From contig CM120643.1 of NCBI GenBank assembly GCA_051362555.1, positions 6,386,001-6,450,000 of the forward strand: a DNA stretch of 64,000 nucleotides. The letters are read 5' to 3'. Positions 38,731-53,150 of this stretch are shown in pieces (the stretch's first letter is position 1; each line of letters begins with the position of its first letter). The DNA comes from Lingula anatina. Taxonomy: Eukaryota > Animalia > Brachiopoda. Below the pieces are notes generated by a model, which had not been told where the DNA came from, ran no database searches, and saw nothing but the letters and a program-made list of their open reading frames with translations. Made by a program: the position numbers and the translations under genes.

Positions 38731-41700
38731 CATCATCCATACCCTCCCCCCATTTTTGTGCCGTTTTTTTCAACATATTTCCTTTTAATCCAACTTTCTC
38801 TATTGAATGGTTCGTCGACATCTAATTTAAACTAAAATACCATATTGTCATTTTCAATGGCCTATTAGGTAATTTCTTTATGAACTTTTTATCCCCCCTC
38901 CCCGCCTCGCGTTGTGTCTTCACTAACACAATGAGGTGATATTTTGTGGAGTCCGTCACAATCATGGTTACGACAGCATCAGAATCAAAACACCGCAGTC
39001 TCTATCGTAAAGTCTATTTGGTCAAACATAGCAAAAACTGCTCAGATATTCAAATCAGTGAACCTTATTGAGTCATATCAAGAAAGCCAGTGACCTACAT
39101 AATGTCATTTCAATTCGGGGTTGATAAGGATCTGAAGTTAATTTTCGTCTGGCATTTTTTGAAATATACTGAACACAAACTCGCCCAATATATTTTAATG
39201 TTGTAACGTACAAATGAAGTTCCATCCGTAAAATATTGGTGAGAGTTGAAAAGGAAAGGCGGTCACTTCAGCCTGCCACCTCCCCCTACCATGAATGTAA
39301 TGGGATGGACAGCCTGGAAGTAGACGTCACTGCCTCAGTGCTGAGTGATCAAGAAGTGGATCGAAGGCGGCTTAGATATTAAGTATACGATTATCGTAAT
39401 TTCAGCCATATTAATATAATGTTTGAAGAAATCAATGTCAGGTATTTGGTGATAAGTTACTTGTGATTTATTTTTGAAAAGTATTTTGACACCCGTTTGC
39501 TTAAAAGTGGTTTTGACCATTTCCCAACATTTTCCCCCACGTACCATTTATATCCTCCTTCATTTCATCTCATCACGTCTCATAAAACAAAGGAAGATGC
39601 AGTTGCAATTCATATTTAGTATTTTGAACTTCGTAGGTAGAAATAGTAGTGGCAGTGGAAGTTTATCGTGAGAAATGGCCAAGGAGGGGAAAATGCTGTG
39701 AAATGTCTTGTGAGAGTCTGGCCACTGGCATGTTCATATTTAGTGAGCGGTAGGTCGTGGAATTATAGAATATGTCATAGGTATAGTAACAAAACGTCCA
39801 TTTCCTAAGTAAAGAACATAATTCAAGTATTAAGGGGATATAGTAATACACTTCCATTTCGAATATTGGCAAGATTCGTAAATTAAGATTTAATATTTCA
39901 TTTCAATAAAATGTGTGAGCTAAACTGTGGTTGTATTGATTTCTGTGTGACATGTTATAAGATGAACCCTTCAAGACATAAGGGGCGAACTGATGACCCG
40001 AAATGCTGTTCTGAACGGGTTTGAAAAGGTTTTATCCAAAGGTGTCTTTTACGTGTTTTATATCAATATAGCATCACGAATTTGAGGTGATTTACGAATT
40101 AAATGTTACATATTTAAAACGTAATCATATATCAGAATGCATGGTCATCAGTTAAAAAAATGCTTTATTGTATTGAAATATGTTGTATACTATCGTAGTT
40201 TCAAGATTGGAACAACTGACATTTGTGAAATGGTACTATATGTGGTATTCTTCAGCAAGACAGCAAGGGATGACTTTCTGGTTTGGATGAGAATAAAGTA
40301 CGCAAAAATACACTAATTTTAGGTCAGTTTAAAGCCAAATATTTTTCTGTAATATTCAACAATTTCACCTAAATCACCAATGAACACATTATCGAATCCA
40401 TTAATAAATTCTACAAGTCCGGTGTCGAATTCTTAATTTCTGTTTTTACCGGCTGCGGCGAGAGTAAACTTCAGTCTCATTCTCCAAATGTACTGGAATC
40501 AAAAATGAGACTACTTGCGCTCATTGTGTGTCTTTCTTTCAATGTTCAGAAGGGAAAAAAGGATTATCGTCTCTTGAAATTTGAGTATTTGCTGTCTTTT
40601 TGAGTAAGATATGTCATTTTACGAATCAAGATCGATTATTTTGCGTCACAAGTGAAGTATGTAGAATTAAGAAATTTCATTTCCATTTGAGAAAAATCCC
40701 ATCTTGAAAAGCTGATTTCGTTCATGTAAATACCATTCATATGATGGAAAAGAAACTACTTTCGTGTTTTACTTATTCTTACAATGTAAAATATGTACAC
40801 GTTTTATCCTGAAATATATGTTTTTGCCATTAATCTGTTGAACAAAAACATTTATGGGAATGAAAAATGCTTTATTTTCCAAATTTAATAATTTCGACAA
40901 TTCTGTCTTAACAGCATCATTATCTACCGACCAGATGATACAGATATTATTGATATTTATTCGAATTTAGAACAATTTATGTTCAGAAGGGGTTTTTTTT
41001 CGAATTGAAAATGCATGAAGAAAATATGAGAAAATCGTGATCTGTCCCTTGGATTTTAAGCCAGATTTCATGTAAATGTAATTTGTTTTCTAATTGAAAA
41101 TGGATGTAGGAAATATGATTTACTCATTGGATTTTAACCCAAATTTCATAAGTGAACATGTAGTTTGTTCTTTAAGTAGTTTTTGCAAGGAATTTTTTAA
41201 AAATTTCATATTCATTTTACTATCTTATGTTCATTAGTCTTTCCAGTTTGGCAATAGCTGTATAAACGTTGTATATGTTTTTATGTAGAACTTTTGACAC
41301 TTTTTTTTGCCAAACATAACGAAAATGCGTGTCCGTTTTTTGCTCCCAACGACAAGTGTCTGACTGAAAAAAAGCGTGCAATTTTAAACAGAGCATTTAA
41401 TAAATATCTCATAATTTTCATTTTTATATAGAAAAAAACAATGGCGGATCCAGAACATTTGAAAGAAGTCAGATGTTGACATTTGGGGCGAGATGGAGTA
41501 TTTTGAGAACTTGATCATGTGAATCCAGAATGGGGAGGGCGGAGACTAGATCCACCATTGTTTTTTTTTTCTATTTTAATGAAGAAGTTGAAATAAATTG
41601 TTTTTGTCATTAAGAACAAACATAAAACCGTTAGTATAGTAGATAATTTATTTGTCAAACGGAATATATTAGAATGTTATATTTCTCCACCTGTAAGTGA

Positions 41701-41920
41701 ATTTAATAATAATAATAATATAATATACATCATAATATTATACTATGATAGCATAATATTCTTTAAGATACTAAACGCTTTTTAACTTGTAAAAAGACTG
41801 AAGACGATGACATTTTACAGATATATGTTTTATAAATTATTGAATACAAAAAAGCAATCTGTATTGCTCTTAATAAAAAAACTTATTGAATGTACAAAAT
41901 GTCTTAGCGTTTTTACTGAT

Positions 41921-42310
41921 GGCTAAATTTCTCAGTGGTAGCCTGGGGTTGGGGTTCGATTCCTGGCTCGGGCATTTTAGAATTACAATGAGGTGCTATT
42001 AGAATTTTTCTTTGGTTACTATAAGAAGAAAGTCTACACGGGGAGGGTGGGTGGGAACACTTAGAGAAGTAGGTAACGCGCTTGCCTCTGAGACGGAAGG
42101 TCCCCAGTTCGATTCCTGGCGCTTCTAGGTCCTAGCAAATTACCTTTTGCAAAAATAAACCCAAATGAACAATTTAAACTACTATAAGAGGATCATACGA
42201 ATGAGGAAAAACGCGAACTGAGATAGTGGCTCAGTAGGTAAGGCGACAGACTAAGAAGTAGAAAAGGGTGAGCTAGGAGTTGAAAACCTAAGGTTCAAGT
42301 CGAGCCGAAG
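41921..42310 (+). other. Three degenerate tRNA-like/SINE-head modules
   Basis: A-box-like (ctcagtggta, agtaggtaacgcg, tggctcagtaggtaaggcg) and B-box-like (ggttcgattcc, agttcgattcc, ggttcaagtc) pairs at ~41921-41973, ~42054-42125 and ~42220-42310. Confidence 0.5.
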
Positions 42311-45300
42311 AAAAGAAAGTCAGGAATAAACATGTGACATTTTGCACATCATCTATTACAACTTTTATGTACATTTATTATAACAAATACAAACAACTAC
42401 ACCATACAGATGTATGCAAAATCCGAACATTACATTTTGGCTCTACATAAAAAGTAATTTTCATAACGACTGCGCAATTTGAGATATAAATTAATCTTAA
42501 ATACAACTATCTACAACTAAATGTGTGGGAGATTATATGCATTTTGAAAAGTGTTGCTCAAGATCAATCGTTTTGGTTTTAATAAAGAACATGAAATCTC
42601 CCTTTTTTATATTTTTGCCCAAAGTTAAAAGAGAAAGTTGAAGATTCGAAGTGAAGTATTTTACAGCAATCGTTCAAAGTTGACATTGGAGTATTTGTCT
42701 TATGAGTGAGCCAAAATTTCACCAAGGGACATTTTTATCCAAAATTCAAGGGTGGTAACAGTATGGATAATTCAAAATGCATAAGATCTCATGTAAGCGT
42801 TTCCACCGCACGCGGGTACACACTCATGACCCCACAACTTACTCTATGTCCCCATGCTGATGATCACACACAACACCAAACAGCAGTCAAACATTATTTA
42901 ATTTTGTTAATTTGATGAGTGCTTTTTTTATAGTTAAATAAATATGTACCTCAAATTTTGTGTCATTTTTCTTCTCTTTAAATCTTAAAATAGGATTTAG
43001 GTGGCACAATTTTGAATGAACACTTAAATTTATGCGTCGTGCGAATCAAGAACAGCATGAAGACATGGTCAGTTTACAACCTTATCCCAGTCATAGTCAT
43101 TTCTAAGAACAATATGTACACCAAATTAGAAAAGATTATGCAAAAACAAGTTAACTTGAAATAATTAAGCACATTTACTCAGAAAATGCTAATAAACTCA
43201 ACGGTCTCTGGTTTTCAGTGGTCAAGAAACACTCAGCAAAAATAACCCAACAGCACGTGCAGGACTGCCACCTAATCAGGCCTTTTATTCTCAATCACCC
43301 TTTGTTCCCGACCGAAATATAGAATTAAGAAAATACTAAGTACAAGATCAACATTAAGTAAAACACTGACCTTCCAATTTTGTGGAAATCTTTTACTCTA
43401 ACCAATCAAAGTGTCATTTTTTTAAATAATTTTTTTGTTTTTTCATGTTTGATTAGAAAAAAAAAATTTAGGCGATTAACTGACCAATCTTCTTTATTTA
43501 CTAAGAAATACCCATTTCCCCCAAATCAGAACTTTGCGACAACTTAAGTTTCGGATTTTTCAAAATTTCAACTTGTAAAAGATTCGATATATGCCAGTTC
43601 TACATGTACATTTTTAATTGACGCAAAAGGAAACACTTTCTGCTAATCACAGTTTCTCTTTGTGAGTATTTCCGCTGTGTAATGAAGGTATAAAGTTAAT
43701 TTCTCTTCTTAAATAAAAAACTTATTAATTGCGAAAAAAAACTAACCCAACCCCTGACTTGATTTTCTGAAAACGAACATTTCTACCCCCTCCCAGCAAT
43801 AAAACTATGGGTCTGTCACTGATCAGACATAGTACTAGTATATCAAAATACCGGGAACCCAAGGAAGTTTATTCTTACCATGCGTCATAACCGCATATTC
43901 ATAATTTTAGAAAGCCCAGTTTTAATACGTGTGGGCAATTCTGCAATAACTCTTAAAAGTGTCATATTTTGGATTACAGCGTTTACAGTTTATTGTAAAT
44001 TTACGTTTCCCTCATTTCATCCAATGAACCCACAATAAAAGATTCCTGAATGCATTTTACGTATTTTTCTATTCTAAATTTAACTTCATAAAAATTTTAA
44101 TTTTTATTAAAATATTTGTATTCAATTTTATATGAATAATCACGCATTTTTAAGTGCACAATAAAACGTCTTATTACATATTTGCCCACACATATAATTT
44201 TGCAATCAAACATTGAACCGGTCGTACTAGCACTGTGCTCTGCCTGGACTTTACTTAATGATAATTTTACAATTACTTTCATTTTCATAGATCACTTAAG
44301 CAAGACATTTTAGTATAACCTCAAAAGTGTCGTTTCAGATTCGAAAACTGGTCGGTATAAACAAAAATTTAAATTACAATAAAAACATCGTGCGAGGATA
44401 GAGTGCTGTACTACAACTTTTTTTACACATGTATAATAATAAACCAGCGACGTGCAGGGTTGACGCTTGGATTTAGTCCATTTTATCGGAAGTTTCATGA
44501 AAAAACCACTCGTTACAAGCTGCACTTCATTTGATACACGTTTTGATGCAGAATATTACAACCCAAAGCACATTTCACACCAAAGCAAATGTCAACCCTG
44601 CAAGTTGAATATACGACAAACTTCGGCACACAAGACAACGTTGACATGGGTGCGGGCGCTGGCGAACACGAATCTGATGTCTTTTCTGGGAGCGCGTCCA
44701 ATCTCATCGTAGACGGTTGTTACGAGGCACTGAAATTAAATGAAAAATGAAATGGATTAAACAAAATTCATAACAATATTTTAGGATTTGACAAAGTGAA
44801 ATACATAATAATAATAACAATGATCTTGTTTGGTTTTTGACTTTCTTAGTTATACATTATTTTGCGTATTTTGTGGGTAGTGTGATATAAATTCAGGATT
44901 TTATTGCTACATGTGCTTTTTAAAACTTCTTCAGAATGATTTCAACACTTACTTTATACCAATGCATCCACACTTAAATAAATTCGTAATCCGAATACTG
45001 GCACTTTAGCTCAACTTTTTAAAAATCAAATACTTTATGCAAACAATTTATTTCAGATTATAATATCAAGGACGGTATGTAATCGAAATTGCAATCAGAA
45101 AAAAAATGAAGTCAAGGGAGGTCGACAGTGCCAAGCAAATATACGTTTGCTTTCCTGGTCGCGGCTAGTTCTCTATAAAATAATTTGTTTATTGTCAGTT
45201 AACTTTAATAAACAGGATATATTTGTACAGGTCACTGTCAAAAAATAGAAAAAAGCACCCATTGGGAGCTGAGAATGTTACAGTAGTTACCTGCTTTGTC

Positions 45301-46051
45301 GTCTTGCTTTGTTTAAGACGGAATAACGGGTTCAGACCTTTGGACGGCTGGAATAATCTTCTCACTTCTTTATGAGTAAATACTTTCCTTCTGGAAAAAG
45401 CAATATAAAAAGTTATTAAACTTTCCAAGGTCATTTCAGCATTCATGTCAATGAAATATATCCAAGAGCCATTACGTCTGAAGTGGGAAATGCATACTTT
45501 TTGATAAAATATCGTCAACATAAACCGATCAGTGTTGCCTTATATCATCTATACAGTACTTACAACAAACTACATCAGTTCTCAGTGCCAAAATTTCAGT
45601 CTACGTGTGGAAATTGTGGCAATGTGACACGTGAAGCTTCTTCCTCTTCCTTCTGACCTTGGTCCTATCTGAATACCTCTCACCAAAATGCTCACCTGGT
45701 TTACATAATAATAGCACTGACTGTGGGATTGTGTTAGAGAAGACACGATGCGGCTTAACGCAATCTAAACGTCATCATCAGGTTATTGCACAAACAAACC
45801 ATTTTGTTTTGTCCATCTATAGACCTTCATCCCAAATAAATGAGGTTATTATTATTAAAGCATCCCAATTAAAACATGCTGTCGCCTATTGCTCTAGCAC
45901 TGTAAATATTTAACACTACAGTTGTGGCGACTAAGGTATGTACATATATATTTAACATTTTAATTTTTATGGAGCAGTACATATGAACCCAAATATGCTT
46001 CTTAGAAAAAATAAATCACATAAGAATCAGTTTACTGAGTTACGCATCATT

Positions 46052-47502
46052 CGTGAAGGTATTGTTTTCTGATTTCATTGTTTGTTCTCTGTTGTCGCGA
46101 CTCTGTGGTTGCGTGCGACGTTGTATATGTGCGCACGCTTGTTTTTACGTCGCTTACTCTTCTTTGTTACGTTAAAATGATACATACGTTACCGACACAT
46201 ACTTTACCATGAAGCGTGTAAATATTTATTCTATTTTCATTGGTTTTCTTTCGATTTGTGGGCCAACACTTTTGTCTTTTATTTGTGTTTCATTAAAATA
46301 GTGTTGGCGCACAAAAGGAGAGACAACCAATGAAAATAGAATAAAAAATATTTACACGCTTTATGGTAACGTATGTATCATTTTAACGTAACAAAGAAGA
46401 ATGAGCGACGTAATAACATGCGTGCGCACATATACAACGTCGCACGCAACCACAGACTCGCGACAACAGAGAACAATGAAATTAAAAAACAATACCTTCA
46501 CGTTATTTGGTACCGTATGTATCGGTGACGTATGTATCATTTAAAGAATTTCAACAAACGGTTTCAAGACAAGTAATCTTTACTTGCCCTGCTTTTCCTT
46601 CTTATTGTAATGTTGTATACCGTAAGAATAAGGCGTTTGCTTACAAAACGGACAACAAACAATTAAAAAATAAAAGTATTTACACGCCACATGGTAACTA
46701 TGTTCATTGGTTGTCTTTCGTTTTGTGCGCCAACAGTTATGTCTTAATGTTACATAAAAATGAAAGAAAACGAGACAAATAAGATTTCTTGCCTTCAACT
46801 ATCTGTGAAAATTGTTCATATGATACATACGTTACCGATATATACATGGCCAAATAATATGAAGGTGTTGTTTTCTGATTCCATTGATTGTTTTCTGCTG
46901 TCACGACTTTGTTAGTGTGTGCGACTTTGTACATGTATATGTGCGCACGTTTGTACGTCGTTCTTTCTGTTTGTTACGTCAATATGATACACACGCTACC
47001 GATAAATACGTTACCATGAAGCGTGTAAATATTTATTTATTCTATTTTCATTGGTTTTCTTTCGTTTTGTGGGCCAGCACTTATGTCTTAATGCTACATT
47101 AAAATGAAAGAAAACGAGACAAATAAGATTTCTTGCCTTCAACTATTTGTGAAAATTGTCCATTTGATTCATACGTTACCGATATGTACGTGACCAAATG
47201 TCACGACTTTGTGAGTGGGTGCGACTTTGTATATGTGCGCAATACGTTTTACGGCCTTCATTCTTATTTGTTACGTAAATATGATACATATACGTTACCA
47301 AATAACGTGAAGGTATTGTTTTCTGATTTCATTATTTGTTCTCTGTTGTCGCGACTCTGTGGTTGCGTGCGACGTTGTAATGTGCGCACGCTTGTTTTTA
47401 CGTCGCTTATTCTTCTTTCGCACATATACAACGTCGCACGGAACCACACAGTCAAGACAACAGAGAACAAACAATGAAATCAGAAAACAACACCTTCACG
47501 TG
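46052..47502. repeat. Scrambled direct and inverted repeat array, including a ~450 bp hairpin
   Basis: 46052-46270 is the imperfect reverse complement of 46300-46502; further copies run to 47500. Confidence 0.85.
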
Positions 47503-47507
47503 ACCTC

Positions 47508-48110
47508 TGAGTCCAAATGAAAATAGGCTACTTTCAAGGGAGGAATCCACAGTAAAACTTCAAACCCTGTGCACCCAATACAGCATGTTTGTGGACACAC
47601 ACAAGCAGTCATGATGGAGTGGAGGCTGTTTGAAAATGTAATTAAGACACCACAATATTGCAAACTGAACCTGGAAGGATGTATGGAGCACATATTACAT
47701 CCTAATATAGAGACCTACCCAAACTTGGCCAAGTTGGCAGCAATTGGCCTAACTCTGCCTGTGACATCCACTGCATGTGAGCGTGGAATTTCAGCCTGTA
47801 ATGCCATTAAGACTGAAAGAAGGAACATGTTGTCTATTCTACACTTGAATAGATTAATGAGGCTGTACATTGAGTCTCCAACTCTGGATAAATTTGATTT
47901 TGACAAAGCTTTTCAAAAATGGGTTACAATCAAAGAGAGGCGAGGATTTGATAAATTAGTTAGAAATGCCTAAGACACATGAAGGTGACAATACTTTTTG
48001 TTTTACTTGTTGTTTGTCATTTTGTGCATCATCATATGCATGTTATGGAAATGCTGAATATTATTGACATACAGGCAGAGTTTAAGAATCTACTTTATTT
48101 TCCCACTTGT

Positions 48111-48150
<40 letters not shown>

Positions 48151-48632
48151 ATGTACAACTCAATGGGGTTATTCATATCATGTTAATACAGCTAGATTCA
48201 AAGTTTGAATAGCAGCTGTATTGGAACATTTTTGTTATGTTTTCTTTCTAATTTTTCTAACAATGGCATCATCAAGATGTGACATTTAACTCCTTTATGT
48301 AACCTGGGAATAAAGTGAAATATAAACTCAGTCTTTCTTTGTTATTCAGACAGTATAAACTTGGGTCTTGGTTTCCACCTAATATTGCTAAGGTATGCAT
48401 AAGTTTTTTTTAATATTATATACATAATTTACACATTTAGTCTGTTTTATAATTTATTTTTGTGTTTTAATGCTGTCCAGTGTTTTTTTTCATGTATTTA
48501 AGCATAAAAACTGATGAGTGGTGGTGTTTTTCGACTTTTAAATTTTGCTAATTGCAATAAGAAAATGCTAATAGAAATTTGTACCCTTTAGCAAATTTTG
48601 CTTATCAAAAATAGTGGCTAGAGTGAGCACAG
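47508..48632 (+). mobile_element. hAT transposon 3' remnant with the transposase C-terminal dimerisation domain (ZNF862-like)
   Basis: ORF 47569-47973 has YPNLAKLAAIGLTLPVTSTACERGIS..N.IKT.RRN.L...L..LM; the right end ...ctagagtgagcacag is shared with 54950-55131. Confidence 0.85.
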
Positions 48633-48702
48633 CTTTCTTTTTATCATTTTTTTTTATTCATCTTAGTATTGCCACTGACATATCTACTAGTGCCTCAATT
48701 TA

Positions 48703-48928
48703 GGACTCATTCCCAATGACATTAATGGTCTATGTAAATCGATCCAACTCCACAGGGACTCTTGCTGAATGCAATTGGATTGGCGCACCTCCTTTTGTTT
48801 ATAACATGCTTGTTTTCCATTTTCTACTCAAAGCTAGGGGGTGGTATGCTAATCTCTTAAACTGATTACATTCAGCAAGAGTTCCCCTGAATTGATCTAC
48901 CTAGACAGATAAAGCACTGAATGCACTC
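48703..48928. mobile_element. Diverged relative of Harbinger MITE family A
   Basis: TTA-ggactcattccc...gaatgcactc-TTA; gatccaactcc motif shared with family A. Confidence 0.5.
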
Positions 48929-50509
48929 TTATTTTTATTGGGACTGAGTTCTTAGACCTAAATATTCTTACACAGTCATATAAATAAAACAACAACAATA
49001 AATAATAATTTTTAATATTTATTTATAATTGAAAGTTGGTTGGTACATTTATAATGTTGAAATGATAATTTTAAGAAAAACAAAGGTCAAATAAATGTTC
49101 AAGAAGCGCATTAAAATTGAAAGTTATGAATACAGTTGATGAAATCAGATAATTACCTAACATAATATGTAAGCATGAAAAAAAATGACATAAACTGCAT
49201 TGTAGACTTTCAATTTAATTTTCAGACTTACAAAACTGTATTTGTACAACATCTGCACAGTACTTTTTAATTACATTTGTGCATTAAAAAGTAAAGGTAT
49301 ATGAGTCTGAAATTTTCTTAGTATTTAATTTCTCTTTCTCCCTTCTCTTTATCTATGCCTCTCTACAATTTCAACCCACTTTCTCTTAAATAAAATTCTG
49401 CACTAATGAGCTTAATTAAATAAATAAATATTCTTTGATTACAAAGAGCTCCAGAATTACCAGGTGGGAATTTACTAGGTACCAGTACTTTTATAACAAG
49501 GTGATGATTCAGTCATCATTCTGACTTGCTTTACCCAGTATTAGTTTATTAGTACTACTTTTGGCAAGTTAACTCAATACATAACTTTGGATATTTAAGA
49601 TAAGAAAAAAAATTGTCTTTTCATTCAATTCTATTTTAAAAAATGTACATAAAATTACAAAGTAAGCAACAAAAGTAATAATAAGTACTCACCTTTTATT
49701 AAGACTACAATGACATCACAACAGTACTGTACATATTAGTATAAAAGCTTCAATATATTTATTGCCAAAATTTGCTAAATTCTTTATTTTAAAGAAATAA
49801 TAATGAAATGATTTTCTCCATATTACTTATACAAAATTGCTGCAGACACCTTTTACACTTAATTATCTTTAGGCAAACCATAAGATGAGCACTAACATAA
49901 GACTAGACAGCAAAGCTGGCAAAATATACAGACACAAAACATGTTGCAACAAAAGAGTTTAATAGATTTTTTCTGTGACAGCACCAAATATATACAAATA
50001 TGGGCCAAGGCCTATAGGTTTACAACTTCACCAGTTTTACCATTAGTTATATAATAGTTTCTTTCAATACTTATAAAACTGTACATGTGTATTTGTAAAA
50101 ATAATCAAATCCTGCTAACTTTAAATTCAAGCAGCCTTTTTACTAAACGAAGCCACTCTGCATATTTGGTGTAAAACAAAAAATACATACAAAAATAAAA
50201 TAAATAAATAAATTATATGTTTTTAAAATTTTTCACTCAGTCAAAGTGTGTGTGTGTGTGTGTAGGGGGGGGGGGGGGGTATGCACCATGTTCAGAATGA
50301 TCACCAGTGGATGTCTGGGGATGGCTACAGGAACATGGACCCTATCTCCTGATATCAGGGAGAAAAAAAGAAATGGTTGGAGCCTGCTACACAAACCTTG
50401 CCAGCATTGAGACAAATCATCTCCAACAGGACATTATGTCAGGAAAAAATATTTTCCCCAAATAAAGGTCAGGAGATAATATAATATATGCAACATATGT
50501 CTGCATTAA

Positions 50510-52145
50510 TAATATAATAATAATATATTTATTTAAAGTCTAAAATCCATAAAATATGTTCTGTAGACTTTACAAACTAAAAACTTAAAACACAGTAAGA
50601 TGAATTGAATTAATAAAATTATGACTTAATAGTCTGAGTTAAGATAATGATGACCAGTTAATATTTCCGAGTTATAAAATGTTCTTTAATAAAATTTGTG
50701 AAAAAGGTATGTTTTTAAAGCTTTTTTAAAATCCTTCACTGAGCTAATGCTTCTCAAGTCTAGAGGTAATTTATTCCACTCATGTGGTGCTGCGTACTGG
50801 AATGATTTTTCGCCAAAAGATTTTAGTCTTGCGTTCTGTGGTTTTAGTAATAATTGATCCTTAGATCTTAAGGTACGGTTTGGTGTGTAATGAGATACAA
50901 GATCACAAATAAAATCTGGTGCAAGTCCGTAAAAAGCCGCATGAGCATGAGTTAAAAGTTTGAATAAGATCCGGGCGTTTACAGGTAGCCAGTGAAGTTG
51001 TTTTAATATCGGTGTCATGTGATTCTCCATAGAAGTTCGGGTAAGAAGACGTGCTGATATATTTTGAATGCGTTGGACTTTCTTTGTTCTTTCTATGCCG
51101 CATCCATAGAGCAAGGAGTTACAGTAATCAAGCCTTGATGTTACTAGGGCATGAATGACCGTGGCAGTGGCAGAATCTGTTAAATTATTTCGTAGGGAAC
51201 TGATGTTTCTTATGTGATACAAACAAGATTTTTTCACGTTGGCTATCTGCTTGTCCATGTTCAAAGTAGTATCAAAATACACCCCCAGATTTTTTGCATG
51301 AGGAGAAACCCCAACTATTGCAGATCCAATTTGTAGAGATAGTCCTTCAGCTAAGTGTTTTGAGTGTGGTTGAGTGATGACCATGAATTCGGTTTTTTCA
51401 TCATTTAATTTTAGTTTACTTTTGATCATCCATTCTCGCAAATCTGAAATGGCATAGGTCATTCTAGTTATTGCATCTCCAGGCTTAAGAATATCACAGT
51501 TAAGGTACAACTGGGTGTCGTCTGCATATATGTGATAGCCAACTTGATGATGTCGTAGTATAGCACCCAAGGGTAGTGTGTACATGCAAAATTTAATCGG
51601 TCCAAGAACGCTGCCCTGTGGAACACCAAAAATCATCTGCTCAAGATCTGAAAGTACACCGTTGATGGATATCTGCTGTGTTCTACCAGTAAGATAAGAC
51701 CGTAGGAGAGACAACGCCTTGTCCTTAATTCCAGCTGATTTCTCGAAGAATGATAGAAGAGTGTCATGGTCAACTGTATCAAATGCTGCTGAAAGATCTA
51801 ATAGCACCAGTAAGACTGCAGAATGATTGTCAACACCAGTCAGAAGGTCATTTTTTATTCTCAGAAGAGCAAGCTCAGTGTTATGTTTTGCTTTATAAGC
51901 CGATTGCATTTGTTCCACCAAGTTATTCTGTTTTAGATGGTCAAATAGCCTCGTTGCCATGACTCTTTCAACCACCTTTGACAAGAAAGAAAGATTACTC
52001 ACAGGTCTATAGTGATTAAAGACATTATGATCCAAATTATTCTTTTTCAGAAGAGGTTTGATTACTGCACTTTTGAATGAGTCTGGAAATATTCCCTCTT
52101 TAAAGCATAAGTTCACCAGTTCTGTGATAGGATTTATGACATTAT
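50510..52145 (-). mobile_element. 5'-truncated L2/CR1-group LINE with an uninterrupted RT ORF (50686-52116)
   Basis: YRPVSNLSFLSK, LLDLSAAFDTVDH, GVPQGSVLGP, YADDTQLY and LHWLPV..RI.FK motifs; 3' stem-loop aaagtcta...tagacttt followed by a TTA-rich tail. Confidence 0.93.
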
Positions 52146-52399
52146 AGGGAAAGGTTTTTAATAAAAAAGGAGGGGGGGGGGGGCAATGGATGACTTCAAA
52201 AACTTATTTTTTCTTTCAGACACATAAGAAACAATGTATCAACTCTCATCTCATATCTTAATGTACTGTTCTAAAAGGAATTCTTATAAGTCCCCAGCAT
52301 ACAGGCCTCGTAATTATCTGGTAGCCATTGTTTATCAAAGCCACAAAGACAAACCAGCTGCAGTTGACTTTCAATCAGCTGAAATATGGTTATTTGCAC

Positions 52400-53150
52400 A
52401 CCAGTATGTCACATATGTCCTAGTAATAGAGCTGTAGTGGTGTTTGATGGTTATCTTCATGGCCCCTCTACTAAGGATTCTACACACCTAAGAAGGTCCA
52501 ACAGTATGAGCACAGCTGTCATGTTCACTGGTGAGATGAAGCTGCAAAGTAGAAAGGAAGAATTTCTTGCCAACAAAGAAAACGAACAGAGGTTCATTAA
52601 TTTCCTTGGTGACAAGTTGGAAAGTGCTGGAGTTCAAGTAAACCAAGCTCCAGGCAATGCAGACCTCCATATTGCCAAAGCAGCAGTTGCCTCTTCAGAC
52701 AAATGTGATACTATCCTGGCGGGTGATGACACTGATCTTTTGGTGCTCCTACTGTATCATGCCAAGGACAGAGTTTACCAATTTTTTTAAAACCCCAACA
52801 AAAGAGCAATGCCAAAAGGCCATCAAAATGCTGGAACATTAGAACAACAAGTTAGGAAGGGATATATGCAACAATATTCTCTTCATCCACTCCATTTAAG
52901 GATGTGACACAAAATCATTGCCCAATAGAATAGGAAAATGGGTCTCTCTAATGGGCATGAGAAGTCCTTTTTTCAAACAGCAGACAATCACATTTGCCAG
53001 TGACAATTCATGTCAAGAAAGGTTAATTGAGGCCGTGAAAAGGCACTAGTGTCTTTATATGGTGGCAAGGAAGGTGAAGCTATTAATGACCTTCAACTAC
53101 AACGTTTTTGTGAATAAACCTACTGTAAAACATCACCTGTGTTAGAATAG
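52400..53150 (+). pseudogene. XPG/PIN-like nuclease relic of an Academ-type (AcademX) transposon
   Basis: VVVFDGY..PSTKD.TH.RR, FLANKEN..RFI..L, A..AD..I...A and GDDTDLLVLL motifs; continues through stops and frameshifts as ILFIHSI*GCDT, IGK and LVSLYGG. Confidence 0.7.

Noticed and set aside
42054-42125. Functional tRNA gene
   Set aside because: Acceptor and anticodon stems pair poorly; treated as a tRNA-derived relic.
39000-45900. Short ORFs in the AT-rich stretch
   Set aside because: No recognisable motifs or consistent exon chain; the lengths are expected by chance.
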